A DNA stretch of 63,979 nucleotides, counting the filler, from Basidioascus undulatus (Eukaryota): the NCBI GenBank assembly GCA_000826855.1. It is 3 parts of 3 records of this genome, joined end to end, with 100 filler letters (N's around TTAATTAATTAA, not from the genome) between each part and the next. Parts side by side here need not be neighbours in the genome. Positions count along the whole stretch, not along the records: positions 1 to 21,986 come from JTLS01000305.1; 2 more parts are not named here. One strand, 5' to 3'. The notes beneath the pieces are model-generated. The model saw only the letters and a list, made by a program, of their open reading frames with translations. It was not told the DNA's origin and did not search any database. This document shows, in pieces, positions 1-12,021 of this stretch (within the stretch, counting starts at the first letter, position 1; each line of letters opens with the position of its first letter). A program made the position numbers and the translations under genes.

Positions 1-99
1 GGGAAAGGGTGAGAGCGTAAAATGAGGTGGCAAGGTTTGACAGTTGTCGAGAATTGAATATTTGTTAAGACGTTCATGACACCAACCTCCTCTCTGTCT

Positions 100-2975
100 C
101 GCACCTCAACTACCTCGGCTTCTGGAGTGTCTTCTCTGATGACAGCATCACCTTCCATGCCGAGGACAGCTGCGTCATCGCTCGTGCCCGCCTCGAAGGC
201 AGCCTCTTTTGTCTAGCCCAACTATCACCGTCATGGGTGTGCACGCCGCCGCCTTCCTCACTGCTCCACTGGCATGCACACTCACCCTCTGGCATCGTTG
301 CCTTGGACATCTGAACCCTCAGGCACTCAAGCAGCTTGCCAGCAGTGGTCACATCCTTGGGCTAGACATCCAGAGGGAGGAGGAGAAGTGCATATACGAG
401 GCCTGTATCCGCAGGAAGATGCATAAACTTCCATATCCCATCTCATCCTCGCGTGCATCGCATGTGCTCGACTCGTTCACTCGGACCTCCTGACGTCTCG
501 CAACGCTCACTCAGCGGCAACTGGTACATCCTCACCTTTGTCGACGACCACAGCCGAAAGCTCCTTGTCTACCTCCTCAAGGCAAAGAGCGAAGCCTTCG
601 CTTGCTTCAAGGAGTTCCATGCACTCATCGAACGACAGACTGGCCAGAAGCTCAAATCGCTCCGCACTGACAATGGCGGCGAGTACGTCTCCAACACCTT
701 CGAGGCCTACCTCGCACAGCACAGCATTGTCCACCAAAAGTCGACTCCGTGCAACCCACAGCAGAACGTGCACGCTGAGCGTCCCAACCTCAACATCGGC
801 AATGGTGTCTGCACCATGCTCATTGACTCCGGGTTGCCCTGGTCACTCTGGGGGGAGGCTGCTTACGCCTATGCCTATGTCAAGAACCGCTCGCCGCATT
901 CGTCCATTGGTGGCGACATCCCGGACCGCATCTTCAATGGTTCCACCCCGCACGTCATGCACCTCCAGGTCTTTGGGTGCCGCGCCTTCCACCTCGTCCC
1001 GAAGGAGAAGCGTACCTCGAAGCTTCACGAGCGTGGGTCACTGTGCATTATGGTCAGCGAAGGCGTACAGGCTCTATACCCTGTCACGCGTCGCATCGAG
1101 CTCTCACGCGATGTCCGCTTCTTTGAGGACGACATGCCTATGCTTGCAAACCTCCCTGCTCGCATGCATGATGACTTCATCATTGCCAGCACTCCAGTAA
1201 CGCATTTTCTGAGTAATATCGAGGTGGGACCGGGGGATGCTACGTCAGCATCGTCATCCTCTTCGTCAGCCGCACCGTCATCGCCACCTTCATCTGAGGC
1301 ATCGGCATCATCCTCGGCCAGTCCTTCCTCCTCACCTTCCATACCGTCGATTGTGCTATCTTCACCTCCCCCGTCGCCTCATACTCCTGCTCGCCCTGCT
1401 GCTCCTGCCGTCCCGACCGCTTCTCGTCCACTCCGCCATGACCCACTCTCTGTCGACCAACGCCACTCCATCCTCTCTGACCACTCGAGCCCTCTCACCG
1501 ACCGCCTCACTGAGATCTTCGCTGGCTATGACAGGGATGCATCGCAGCCAGTGGGGGCATCCGAGCAAATGGGGGAAGCGCAGTCGGACTCATCCGACGA
1601 TCCGCTCGATGTCATCTCAGATGAGGAGGATCCGGCCGCCACCAGCTACTATATCGCCATTTCGCCTGAGGCCCTTGTCAACGTCACTCGCCCATCCACT
1701 CCGGACCTCTTCACGCTCCCCAGCCGGGCACCGACTATGCTCCGGGACGCGCTCTCAGGACCGGACACCCATCATTGGAGGGCTGCCTGCCAGGCCGAGA
1801 TGGATTCGCTCACCAGGATGCGCACATATGACCTCATCCCGCACAGTGCTGCGCCCAAGGGTTGCAAGGTCCTCACACCCAAGTGGGTCTTCACTATTAA
1901 GCGCGATGCTCAGAGTGATATCGTCAAATACAAAGCACGCCTCGTCATCCATGGCTTCGCTCAAGTTCCCGGCCTCGATTTCAAGGAGACATTCTTGCCT
2001 GTCCTCCGCTTCTCCTCACTCCGTATCGTCCTCGCCCTCGCTGCCTGTCATGACTGGCACATCCACCAGCTCGACACCAACTTGGCCTTCCTCAATGGTG
2101 ACCTCGAGGAGGAGAGCTACATGGAGCAGCCTGAGGGTTTTGTTGTCTCTGGCACGGAGGACCATGTCTGCAGGCTCCTCAAGGCGCTCTACGGCCTCAG
2201 ACAGGCCGGCTGCCAGTGGTACAAGAAGATCCGCGGCACCCTCTCCAAGCTGGGCTTCTCCCAGTCTCATGCTGATCCATGCGTATTCATCCTCGTCCGC
2301 AGCTCCCTCGTCTGCATCCTCGGCCTCTACGTTGATGACAAGGTCGTCATCAGCAACAACCTCGACTTTGTCCGCCATGTCAAGGAGCTCCTCAAGCGCG
2401 AGTATGAGATGAAGGACCTCGGCGAGGCAGAGTACATCCTGGGCATCCAGATCAAGTGTGACCATGCGCAGGGCATGCTTGCCCTCTCTCAGTGCAGTAC
2501 CTCCTCGATGTCCTCTCCCACTTCAACATGGCTGACTGCAACCCGGTCTCCACACCGATCGAAGCGGGACTCAAGCTCCAGCGTGCCTCACCGGGCGACC
2601 CTCGCACGGATGCACCCTACCAGCAGGCACTCAGCTCACTCATGTACACCACCTGTGGAATGTGTCCGGACCTCGCCTTCACTGTCTCCTACCTCAGCCA
2701 CTTCTCCTCGCACCCAACACAGGCACACTGGGCAGCGCTCAAGCGCGTCCTCCGCTACGTCAAGGGCACGCTCGACCTCTCTCTCACCTTCCACCGCTCC
2801 ACCAGCGGCAGCGGCGCCATCATCCACAGCTTCTCAGACTCGGACTACGGTAATCAGCACCGCTCCGCCATGGGCTACACCTTCATCCTCGCTGGCGGTG
2901 CAGTCACCTGGTCCTCCAACGTCACGCTCTCCAGCTCCGAATCCGAGTATGTCGGCCTCACCAACACCGCCAAAG
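100..2975 (+). mobile_element. Degenerate Ty1/copia LTR retrotransposon pol (pre-integrase, integrase, RT, truncated RNase H)
   Basis: Motifs in copia order (INT before RT): WHRCLGH..C, FVDDHSR, LRTDNGGEY, PQQN..AER, KWVF..K...KYKARLV, LKALYGLRQA, LYVDD, SDSDY, SESEY. Frameshifts near 470 and 2490. No LTRs recognised, and RNase H is cut off after EYVGLTNTAK. Confidence 0.95.
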
Positions 2976-3189
2976 GGTATGGTGCTGAGGGCCGGGACAG
3001 CGAAGACGACTTGCCCATTCAGCGGTATTCACTGTTAACAGTGTACCGGGCCGCTCATCGTTCTAAGCGCTCCCGGGACGCAATTGGCAGAAACAGTAGC
3101 AGTGGCTTCGATGAAAAGGGACACAGTGGGACACAGTTATCACAGCGCAGAACAAACGTAACGCCATCCACCAACGACCTGCCCTGGAC

Positions 3190-5847
3190 TCAGGACCCAA
3201 CATCACCGACCCTCGTCAACTCCACCTTCCTCTTCTTCTTCACGGGCAGCTCGTTCACATGCGAGGTGCTAGCGCTCGCGGCCGCCGGAGCCGACTCACT
3301 CTCGCTCGCGCTGGGCGTCTCGCGCTCCTTGCCCTTGCCCGACATTATCGGATCCGCGCGTTCGCTCGCTGCGGGCGAGGGAAGAACGGGCGGTGGCGGG
3401 TGCTGTGTGTGCGCGGCGAGGGACGACAGCTGGAGGTGGTGCTGCTGCTTCTCGTGCGGCGTGCCGAGCTCGGTCGGGTCAAAGACGATGAGCGAGCAGT
3501 AGCCGTCTTGCGATGCTAGCATTAGCGCCTGGCCGTCCGGCGACCTGAGGGGTGGAAGTGTCCCGTGAGCTCAGATGGAGTTTCACAAATGCAAGGCGAA
3601 CTGAAAGACGCACCAGGCGACGTCAGTGAAGCCCGCCCAATGCAAGTTGGTGAACATCGCAATCGGTCCGGCCTGCTGGGTGTCGTACACGACAACCGAC
3701 TCGCGTGAAACGACGGCATGCAGCATCCGATATGGCAGCGCGAACAAGCTGCCCACCGGCGTCGAGTCGTCCGCGGATGCTGACCCGCTCGGCGTGCGGG
3801 CTGGAGAGGGGCGGAGAGTCGGAGCCGCGGGAGCGGGTGATTGGGCGGGTGAAGGGATGGCGGCAGCCGCTCCGCTGGACGTGTACGGGCCAGTGCTGAG
3901 CGAAACGTCATAGTCCTTGCCCTTGTCGATCATAAACTCCTTGGGCTTGACCGCCGCCGCGCCGGTCAAGCCCGACCGGAGGTTGTAGAGTATCGGGGAG
4001 AAGCGAACGCCGAGCGTCGCGCTGCGATGCCCAGGCAGGTGCGCCACGGGAGCGCGAGCGAGATTGCCGCGCGAGTAGATGAAGACGGTCGACTTGGGTC
4101 CCGCCTCGTCCGCGGCGGCCGGCTTCTTCTTGCTCGAGCTGCTGCTGGCCGACGGAGGCGGAGTCGGGCTAGTGTCCTCGAACTGGCCAGATGGCGTGAT
4201 GAGCAGTGCGCCGTCCGGGCTCCACGACAGTCGACGGAAAAACTGCGTGAACGCCTCGTCGCCGTATCCGATGCGCTGAGTGCCGCTGTTCGCTTCCTTC
4301 AGAGGCGGCGGCTTGATGGCTGGAAGAGGGGGGACGGGAGAAGGACTGCGGCCGAAGCGCGCGCCCGAAGGCGGCAGCGGCGGCGAGGCGGCAGCGGCGG
4401 TGGAGACGGACGAGCGACGCGAGTGCGGCACGGGCGGTTGCATCGAGGTTGAAGCGGAAGCGGGGTTGGGGAACTCGTGCTCGGACGTCGCGGTCGTGAT
4501 CGCCGACTCGGCATCGCTCGCGGTCGAACCGCGGCGCTTAAGCCGAGGGCGAAGGGCCGGGTGGTCGGACCAGCCGCCGCCTCCTGCAGCGGAGGATCCG
4601 GAGAACGATGGCGTGCGTCTGTGGTGGATAGCGACGTCCGCGCGGTGCACCTTGGACAGTGCGTGCACTTGGGCGTCTTGGCCGTGCTTGAGGGAAACCG
4701 AGTGGACGTGGAGAGAGCTGTTGGACAAATTGAATGAGCATGCGCTTGGAAGAGCCAGGGACGAACGGAGCGCACCGGTCGGAAGACTGCGTCGCAATGT
4801 ACTCTCCAAGCGGGTCCCATGCGACGCCTTGGACGTAGTGCGAGTGCTCGGTGATCTGGTAGACGCAGGAGCCTACCCGAAAGATGCAGCATCAGTTGGT
4901 CTGTACGCGCTCATATCTGGGGCCGGAACTGACCGTCTGTCGCAGAGAAGATGCGCGCCGTGTTGTCGGTTGACCCAGCAAGGAAGTACTCGCCCGTCGG
5001 GCTCCACGCAAGGTCGTACACCTCGGCATCCCGAGCCGCCCTACGTTGTCATGCGTCAGCATCAGTACTGTGGGTGACGGGAGAATGAGCATTGAACTCA
5101 CCTCGCCATGATCCGCACACGCCAAAACTCCTTCTCGAATTGGAGATCCTCCGGGTGGGCTTCGCCGTACGTCGGAGGGCGCTGGTCTGTGGGGATCCAA
5201 AGGAGAATGTTGCCGTCTGTTGCGCACAGCTTTCATCAGCATCGGTTCGTCTGTGGGCACCGCCATGCTCACCGTCGCCCGCTGATGCCAAGGTCTCGCC
5301 TGCGGGTTCACGTCAGTTAAAGCGGTAAAAGGTTCTAACAGAGCAGGATGCGCACCCTTCGGGCAGAAGCGCACGACGTTCACCGGGTTGGTGTGCCGGC
5401 TGAGCGTGCAGAGATACTCGGCTCTGGGCGGGTGGGGGTTGGTGACGATGTGTGTCTTGCCTTCTTTGCCTCCTGGCAGGGGCTCGATAAAGTTCTGGTT
5501 CGGGTGGACGAGCCACATCTGACGCCGGCGCACACATCATCAGCACCGCCGCCCGCCTCGGGACCCACCGCCATAGCAAAGACTGATTGACGCACCCGAA
5601 CATGATGGTCCGCTCCTCCGGTCGCAAGGCGGTAGTGCTGGCCGGTGCCGGAGGAGGTGGAAGACGCGGGGGCGTCCTTGCCGAGGAGGCGCTTGAGCTG
5701 GGTCTGGCTAAGGGGCTGGAAGTCGAGCGAGTAGATGGGGCTGAGGGGTACACAAAGGAAGGGCTGCGTGAGCTTGGTTTATCACGAATAATGCTCGGAT
5801 GCGCACAGCTGGTTATGCCACCGAATCTCGAGCGTCTTTACGCGCAT
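3190..5847 (-). CDS. CAC2: Chromatin assembly factor 1 subunit B (p60, WD40), multi-exon
   Basis: N-terminus [11 protein letters not shown]; internal [74 protein letters not shown]-terminal KKRKVELT. Confidence 0.92.
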
Positions 5848-6548
5848 GGCGGACGATGCAAGCGGCGGCGGCGAGGGACGCGAGCGGCTGGTTGCGGGTT
5901 CGTCGTGCGCGATGGGGATTGATATGAAATACAGAGGGAGATGGGTAGACTGGGCGTCAAGTAGTGTGTACGAGGTGGTATGGATTGGGATGCGGGCAGG
6001 TGGGAAAGATTCGTGCACACGGGTGTGTGTGACCTCGACTCGACGCGACCCCTCAATCGTGGCCGCCTGACGCGCTCGCTTAGCCTCGCCTCATTTGCGC
6101 CCGCGTCGACCGCGTCTCACAACGGATCGGATTTCAGTTCGTTCTTTAAAAATAGGTACATAGCGATCAAACATATTCCTTGAGGTGAGGCGGGCTGAAC
6201 GATGCTGCATCGCGACCTCCAGACGAATTTTTCTTTGACGAAGTTGCACACTGCATCTCCCGGCTGAGAAGCCGAGTCCATGGAATCGCCGGGGACTTCC
6301 GGAATTTCGTCAGCGGACGCTGGCATGCGAAAGGCGGCCTTCTCCTTCCCTGCCCATAGCAACATCGAGCGATTGTCCTGATATCAACGCGTGGATAATC
6401 TGCACAGCGTTCACGATCGAGTGCGTACTACACACATCTACTGCGGTATGTTTCCTTAGCTGACCTCCCCCCTTTTCCAGACTCTTCCCAGATCTTCGAG
6501 CTTCGCGAATCGCCACACCCTCTCTCGCTCGATTCGATTCCCCACACC

Positions 6549-7059
6549 ATGTCCGGTCCTCCCACCATCACCGCCCCGCATCTGCTCGCGCTCTACCGCG
6601 CTCTCCAGCGCGCCAGCACCCGCTTCGCCTCGTACAACTTCCGCAACTACTTCCTTCACCGCAATCGCGATACCTTCCGCCAGTTCCTCGCCGACGGCCA
6701 GCGTGCCGCCGACCCCCAGGCCGCGCGCGAGTTCTGGCAGACTCAGCGTCAGGAGCTCGAGGTCCTCCGCAGGTCCGCGATGGTCAACCGCCTGTTTGAG
6801 GCGCCCAGGCTGGTGGTGGAGCGGCCGAGGGTCATCACCAGCGGCGGAGGGGCGGGTGCAGAGGCGAGCGCGGTGCGTCTTCCAATCTAGCTGTTATGGC
6901 AGACAAAGGCGAGGCTGACGTCGTGGTTGGGTTAAACAGGGTGGTGCGGGTCAACCGGTGGACCCGGAGCATCCTGCGGTGACGTCGGGCGAGCAGGCGG
7001 GCGAGCGGGTGCCGGAGAGGCAGTACGAGGATGTGCCCACTGGGTCCAGGCGGTCATAA
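6549..7059 (+). CDS. ISD11: LYR-motif protein, partner of mitochondrial cysteine desulfurase Nfs1
   Basis: LALYRALQRASTRFASYNFRNYF..RDTFR ... ELEVLRRSAMVNRLF..RLVVE. One probable GT-AG intron near 6873-6939, then TAA at 7057-7059. Confidence 0.9.
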
Positions 7060-7444
7060 GGAGTAACCCGGGTGCTTGAATATGGACGAGATTATTGCTT
7101 GCATAACATGATCGGAGATCTATTCTATAGACATGGCACCGACATGGCACGCTTTGTGATGGTGAGTGACCAGGCCGTGTCCCGGGAGTCCCCAGCTTGG
7201 AGCGCACCTGCTCCATTTCGCTGGTCCTTCCCGCTCGTGAAAGTGTTATCATAGCTACCCAAAACTAACATTCGCTGATCATGACCTTTCACGAGGCTTG
7301 AAAACTGGTTAATTGCGAACGCCGCATGATGTTGGGGGCTCCGCACTCGTGATCTGGCGCGTTCACAATGTATGTCTCCAGCATCTGCTATGCACACACG
7401 CCGTAAGCACGCATACCCTGTCAACCAATAATGGTGATGCGCAC

Positions 7445-7941
7445 CTAACCCCCATGCAGCGTGGAGATGAACACGACCTCGTCCCCCGCCTTCAACGGCG
7501 CCTCCAGCTCGCCCTCCAGCTCCCAGTCCACATCGTTCACAAGCACGAGAATCCCCGGCCTCCTGAACGCCCCACCCCACCCCAATTAGCCATCTCTTCG
7601 TCCAGCAAACAGTGAAAGACACACGCACACAGTCTCGCCCTCCACAAACAGCTCCCTCCGCTCAGACAGGACGTTGTCCGCCAGGTACGTTATCAAGCGC
7701 TTCACCGTTGGAGGCTGCGCGTCGGAGGCGGTGGGGAGCATTATGGAGTGGGTTCGCTTGTTGGAAAAGAGGAGCTCCAGGCCGCCGCTGTGTGCATGCG
7801 TTAGTTCTCATAATGTGTGAGCCGGAGCGGGTGGGTATGCGAGACGGACCCGAACTCGATCGAGAGGGGTATTGAGCTGATGGGGGCGTCCGAAGAGGGG
7901 GCCGCGATGGCGGGGATTGTAAATTGGGCTGTATTAGACAT
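7445..7941 (-). CDS. URM1: Ubiquitin-related modifier 1 (sulfur carrier), 3 exons
   Basis: Absent from the ORF track. Spliced reading: MSNTAQF...[16 protein letters not shown]...[47 protein letters not shown], which ends in the diagnostic Urm1 C-terminus. Confidence 0.95.
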
Positions 7942-8236
7942 GCTGTGCGTTCAAGAGTGTAGAAGTGAGCAAAGAGATGCAGCTCGACGAGAAAGAGTCC
8001 TGGTGGTCACGTGTCGTTCGACCCCGGTTCGTCGCCGATTAATACTCACGCCCACCGCGACTTTCACCGCGAATGGCGAGAATTTCAGGCAATTAGATGA
8101 GCAAAAGCCACTGATAACACATTTCCATGTCCATCCTCGGTCTGCAGCATACTGCCTGCAAATTCAGCCAGGGAAACGTTGCGATGGTCGGTCCACCACT
8201 GGGCAGCACACATCTCTCAGTCGAACATCCATGCGC

Positions 8237-8768
8237 CTACACCTCCTTTCCCATTCCCTCCTGCTCGCCTGATTCGTTCGTTTCTCCCAGCCCCTCCACA
8301 GCCTCCTTCGCCTTGCCCACCAACCTGCCGATCGCGTCTGCCAGACCCTCGACCCTAAAGTCCCTCGCCTTGCGCACGGCGCCAAAGACCTCGTCGTTCC
8401 AGCGCTCCTTGACGAGCTCACTCAGGGGCGGTTTGGAGGGCGGGACGTAAGCGCGGGGTGCACCTGTGGGGCCTGTGGGCGGCTGCGGGGCGGAGAGGTG
8501 TGCGGAGAGGGCGGAGATGCTGGACGGGGTTGCGAAGGTCAGCTTCGGTGGATAAGGGAGGTCGTGGTGGGGATTTGAGGACTCACTCGGATACCATGGA
8601 GTCTGTCTGGACGCGGAAGGAGGTGGAATAGGTGTAATAGACCTGCGGAGAGTAGGGGGGTGAGCGTGTTGGTCAGCGCCTGCTTGGCTTGGAGCATGTG
8701 AGGTGGTTTGTGCGCACCGCTGCAGCAGTCAGCACGCCGACCGCAGAGCCCGCCACAAATCCCGACAT
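8237..8768 (-). CDS. MIC12: Probable MICOS subunit Mic12/Aim5
   Basis: Spliced MSGFVAGSAVGVLTAAA|VYYTYSTSFR... and LSELVKERWNDEVFGAVR: a small protein with an N-terminal hydrophobic segment and the K.RWN.EV motif. Confidence 0.7.
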
Positions 8769-9287
8769 TGCTTATGAGAAAGAATAGGGTGCGCGTAGGA
8801 TGATGATGGTCTGCGACTGAGAGACGTGGACGCGACTTTGATGAGCGCGCTCGCGGTCAGGCCGCCGCCGCGCCCGGGCCGAAGCGGGAAGGCATCGAGC
8901 GCGACGTTGTGCTCCTTGCTCTCCTCGCCGCTCTCGTCTTTGTCGTTATCCCGCACTGCATCCTCACCACCGCCGGACGCAAACTATCCATCCATCAGGG
9001 AATATCCCACTTACCGCAGAGGGTCTATATCTTTCCGGGGCTCGCTGGCTGCCAAGCTGTCGTTGCTTTGAGCTGGACAGGCTGCGGTTCAATCTCAAGG
9101 TGAGCGTTTTATGACGACCGCTCGGGTGTCGGTGCGACTGCTAGGGTGGTCCATGTCCTCCAGAGATAACCTCTCTGATCCTTCTTTGCATTTCACTGCA
9201 GACCATCCCATACCCATTCAGTTGCACGACTCTACCCTACCTCTACCTCTGCTCGTTCCCTGCCCCTCTTGACGCGCTCGCTTGACC

Positions 9288-11617
9288 ATGAGCGCCTCGG
9301 GCGGTACGCACACCCGCACCCGCTCTCGCGACGAGAAACTCGCAGACCTACCGCCAATTATCACCTCCCAGTCCACCCCAGCGACAGCCAACGAACACGA
9401 GCGCGCCTCCGAGCCGCACAAGGGCCATCGCTCCCGTCTCTCCGTCTGGGAGCCCCTCGACGTCTCCGTTTCCTCCGCAGACGACTCTCCCTCTGCCGAT
9501 GTCATCGCTCCCCTCCCGAGCCCTGGTCTCGCCCCACCCCGCAGCCCACACCGCCGCGTCCACTCCCGCAACCTCTCCGTCTTCTTTCCCCAGCCCGGGG
9601 CCGCCGCACCCGCCGCACCCGCCGCACCCGCCGCACCCGCCGAAGCGGCCGAGGACGACCCCGATGCGCACCAGTGGGTCGAGGCGCCCGTGCAGGACAT
9701 TCCAGCTGCGGATGTGCGTCGTGGCAGTGCGGGTGGGTTCCGGCTCGGGAGTGGGACGGCTCCGAGTCCCAATCGGCAGAGCTTCTCGAGCGGTCCGCCG
9801 CCGTCCCCTTCGGCACGGGCGGGCAGTGAGAAGCCAGGGAGGAGGAAGCATCATCACAAGCGGTCATTGAGTCACGGTGCGTCGGTCCGTCTGGATCTTG
9901 GTCTGAATGCGCAGCTGAACACGCATCATCCCCAGCGTTTTTCTCCTTCAACGACCCAACCCAAACTACCGCCTCACTCGCGCCACTGACAGCACCCGAT
10001 CACCACCATCCCTCCCCCGACACTCCCTTCTCCCCCTCGTTCAGCTTCACTCCTTCCGACAACACCCCGCGACCCGTCCCCTTCTCTCCGAACCCGCTCC
10101 TCAGCGCCGACATCGCCGCCGCACCCGCTCAGCGGGCAAAGGCGACGTTCGGCATAGCCGAATTTGCCCTCGGCGCCTGGGTCTGGGCGGCTGGACAGCG
10201 CTGCGAGAGCTTGGCTACGACCGGGCTCGGGTACCTCGTCGTGTTCGATGCTTGCGGCATCTTGACCGCCGTCTGGCTCGAACGGCTGCGGACCGGGGCG
10301 CAAGCTTCGCCATCGTATCGGAGACCCTTTGGGTGCGCGCGTTTTGTCCCCGGCCGCTCTTCGTGACCCATTGACTGAAGGGTGATGGATCGTCGTTGTA
10401 GCATTGCCCGTCTCGAGACGCTGGCACTGGTGAGTCCAGTCGACGAACCCAACGCTTCTATTCGAACGTCTTGCTGAAATGCACCTCCGCCGTTTTCGAT
10501 AGTTTACGAACATCATCTTCCTCCTGTTCTCCACCGTGTACATCGCCAAAGAGTCGGTCGAGCACGCCCTGCTATCCATCAGCGAGGACGAAGCCGACCA
10601 CGCCTACGGGTGAGCATTTCTCTCCCCTGCACCCCACCTACCGTGCTGATCGGTTCATCCAATCGACCCTTCAGCATCCCCTTCCCAACGTTCTCCCTCC
10701 TACTCTCCTTCTTCGCGTGCCTCATCTCCAACTTCGCCTTCTCCAATCATTCCAGACTGGTGCAAGTCACCGGCACCAGTCTCGCTTCCACCCCGCAGCC
10801 GGGCTGTCGGCGACTGGCGCCGCCGAAAGCTTCTTTGTCCTCGCTCTTTGTGAATCCATTCACCCTCACAATCCTTCTCACTTCGTTTCTCTTGCTTGCG
10901 GAAGATCTCCTCGCGGACCCGTATGTCCTTTCTGGTCTCCCTGCAGGCATGAGCCCTACTGACGAGCCTGCTTTGCGCCCTGGATTGGCAGTCCACTTCA
11001 TCACCTGCTCGACAAGGCGTTCGCTGGCCTCGAAACGCTCGCAATGGCCGGCATCGCTTGGCCGTCGTTGCTCGCGCTCGGCAAGGTTCTCCTGCAGACC
11101 GCTCCTCCAGAGCGCTCGCCCCAGATGCTCGCTCTGAACCGCGCGCTGCGTGATGTGAGTCATCGCAAGCAGTTACGCTGTGAACCCGCTCGCTGACCTG
11201 GCGACACGCACTGTCTTCGTCGTACCACAGCTGGAGCAGCACCACCTCATAACGCACGTCGAGCTCCCGCGTGTCTTCCAGCTCACGCCGCACGCGCCCG
11301 CCGCGGTGCTCCCGACGCCCGCGCCGACGCCTGCAGTCTCACGCACCTCCTCCCTCGTCAACGTCAACGCCGCCATGCCGATCTTCCCCGCACCCGGCTC
11401 GCGCTCCTCCTCGCCCTCGCGTCTCCGCGCGAACGACGCCTCCTGCGCTCTCATCGTGGCCCTCGAGCTCCGTGTGCGCGAGGACGCGAGCGACGCGGAC
11501 GTCTTGGGCGTCACGCAGCTCGCATGGGACCGGCTTGCGGGCGTTGTGGCCGAGGAGGGGTCGGAGTTGACTGTAGACGTGAAAAGGGGCGCGGGCGCCA
11601 GCTGGGATGACCGGTAG
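9288..11617 (+). CDS. Cation diffusion facilitator, Zrg17-like ER zinc transporter
   Basis: HRRVHSRNLSVFFP, His-rich RRKHHHKRSLSH, LGYLVVFDACG, RPFG|..RLETL, VYIAKESVEHALL, GKVLLQTAP; several GT-AG introns. Confidence 0.8.
9600..9642 (+). repeat. 9-bp coding tandem repeat (GCCGCACCC) encoding Ala-Ala-Pro
   Basis: About four consecutive gccgcaccc units are visible. Confidence 0.9.
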
Positions 11618-12021
11618 AGGATTGGCGTGGAACGCCGCAGGTCGGCTGCGGATTCATGCATCGTCATGCACTTGATTTTCGAACTTGAGAAGATGGGCGA
11701 GCTGCGTGGTCCGCACTGCTTGACACCCGACACCCACTGTTCAGCTGGGCTTGCTCCTTCTTGATGCTTGATTAATAGCGCTGGTTCGGGAAGCATCCGA
11801 CTGCATGCCGCTCGCTTTTCAGGGCAGTGGCGCCCGCATCGCATCACGTGCAGTGAAATGGCTGGGAAGGCTCACACATAAGAAATCACCACGCTCCTTG
11901 ACTTCCCCTTCCCGGCCCTAACTCCCGACTCATTGACTCCTCGAGCGTTTCCCTCCTTTTTGTCCCCTTATCATCAGTTTATTGCATCTGTCGCTCTCAC
12001 CCATCCGTCAGCCCACACACG

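Noticed and set aside
2492..3502. 336-aa ORF suggesting a copia-host fusion protein
   Set aside because: After ~2975 it is read-through of intergenic DNA and the antisense strand of CAC2.
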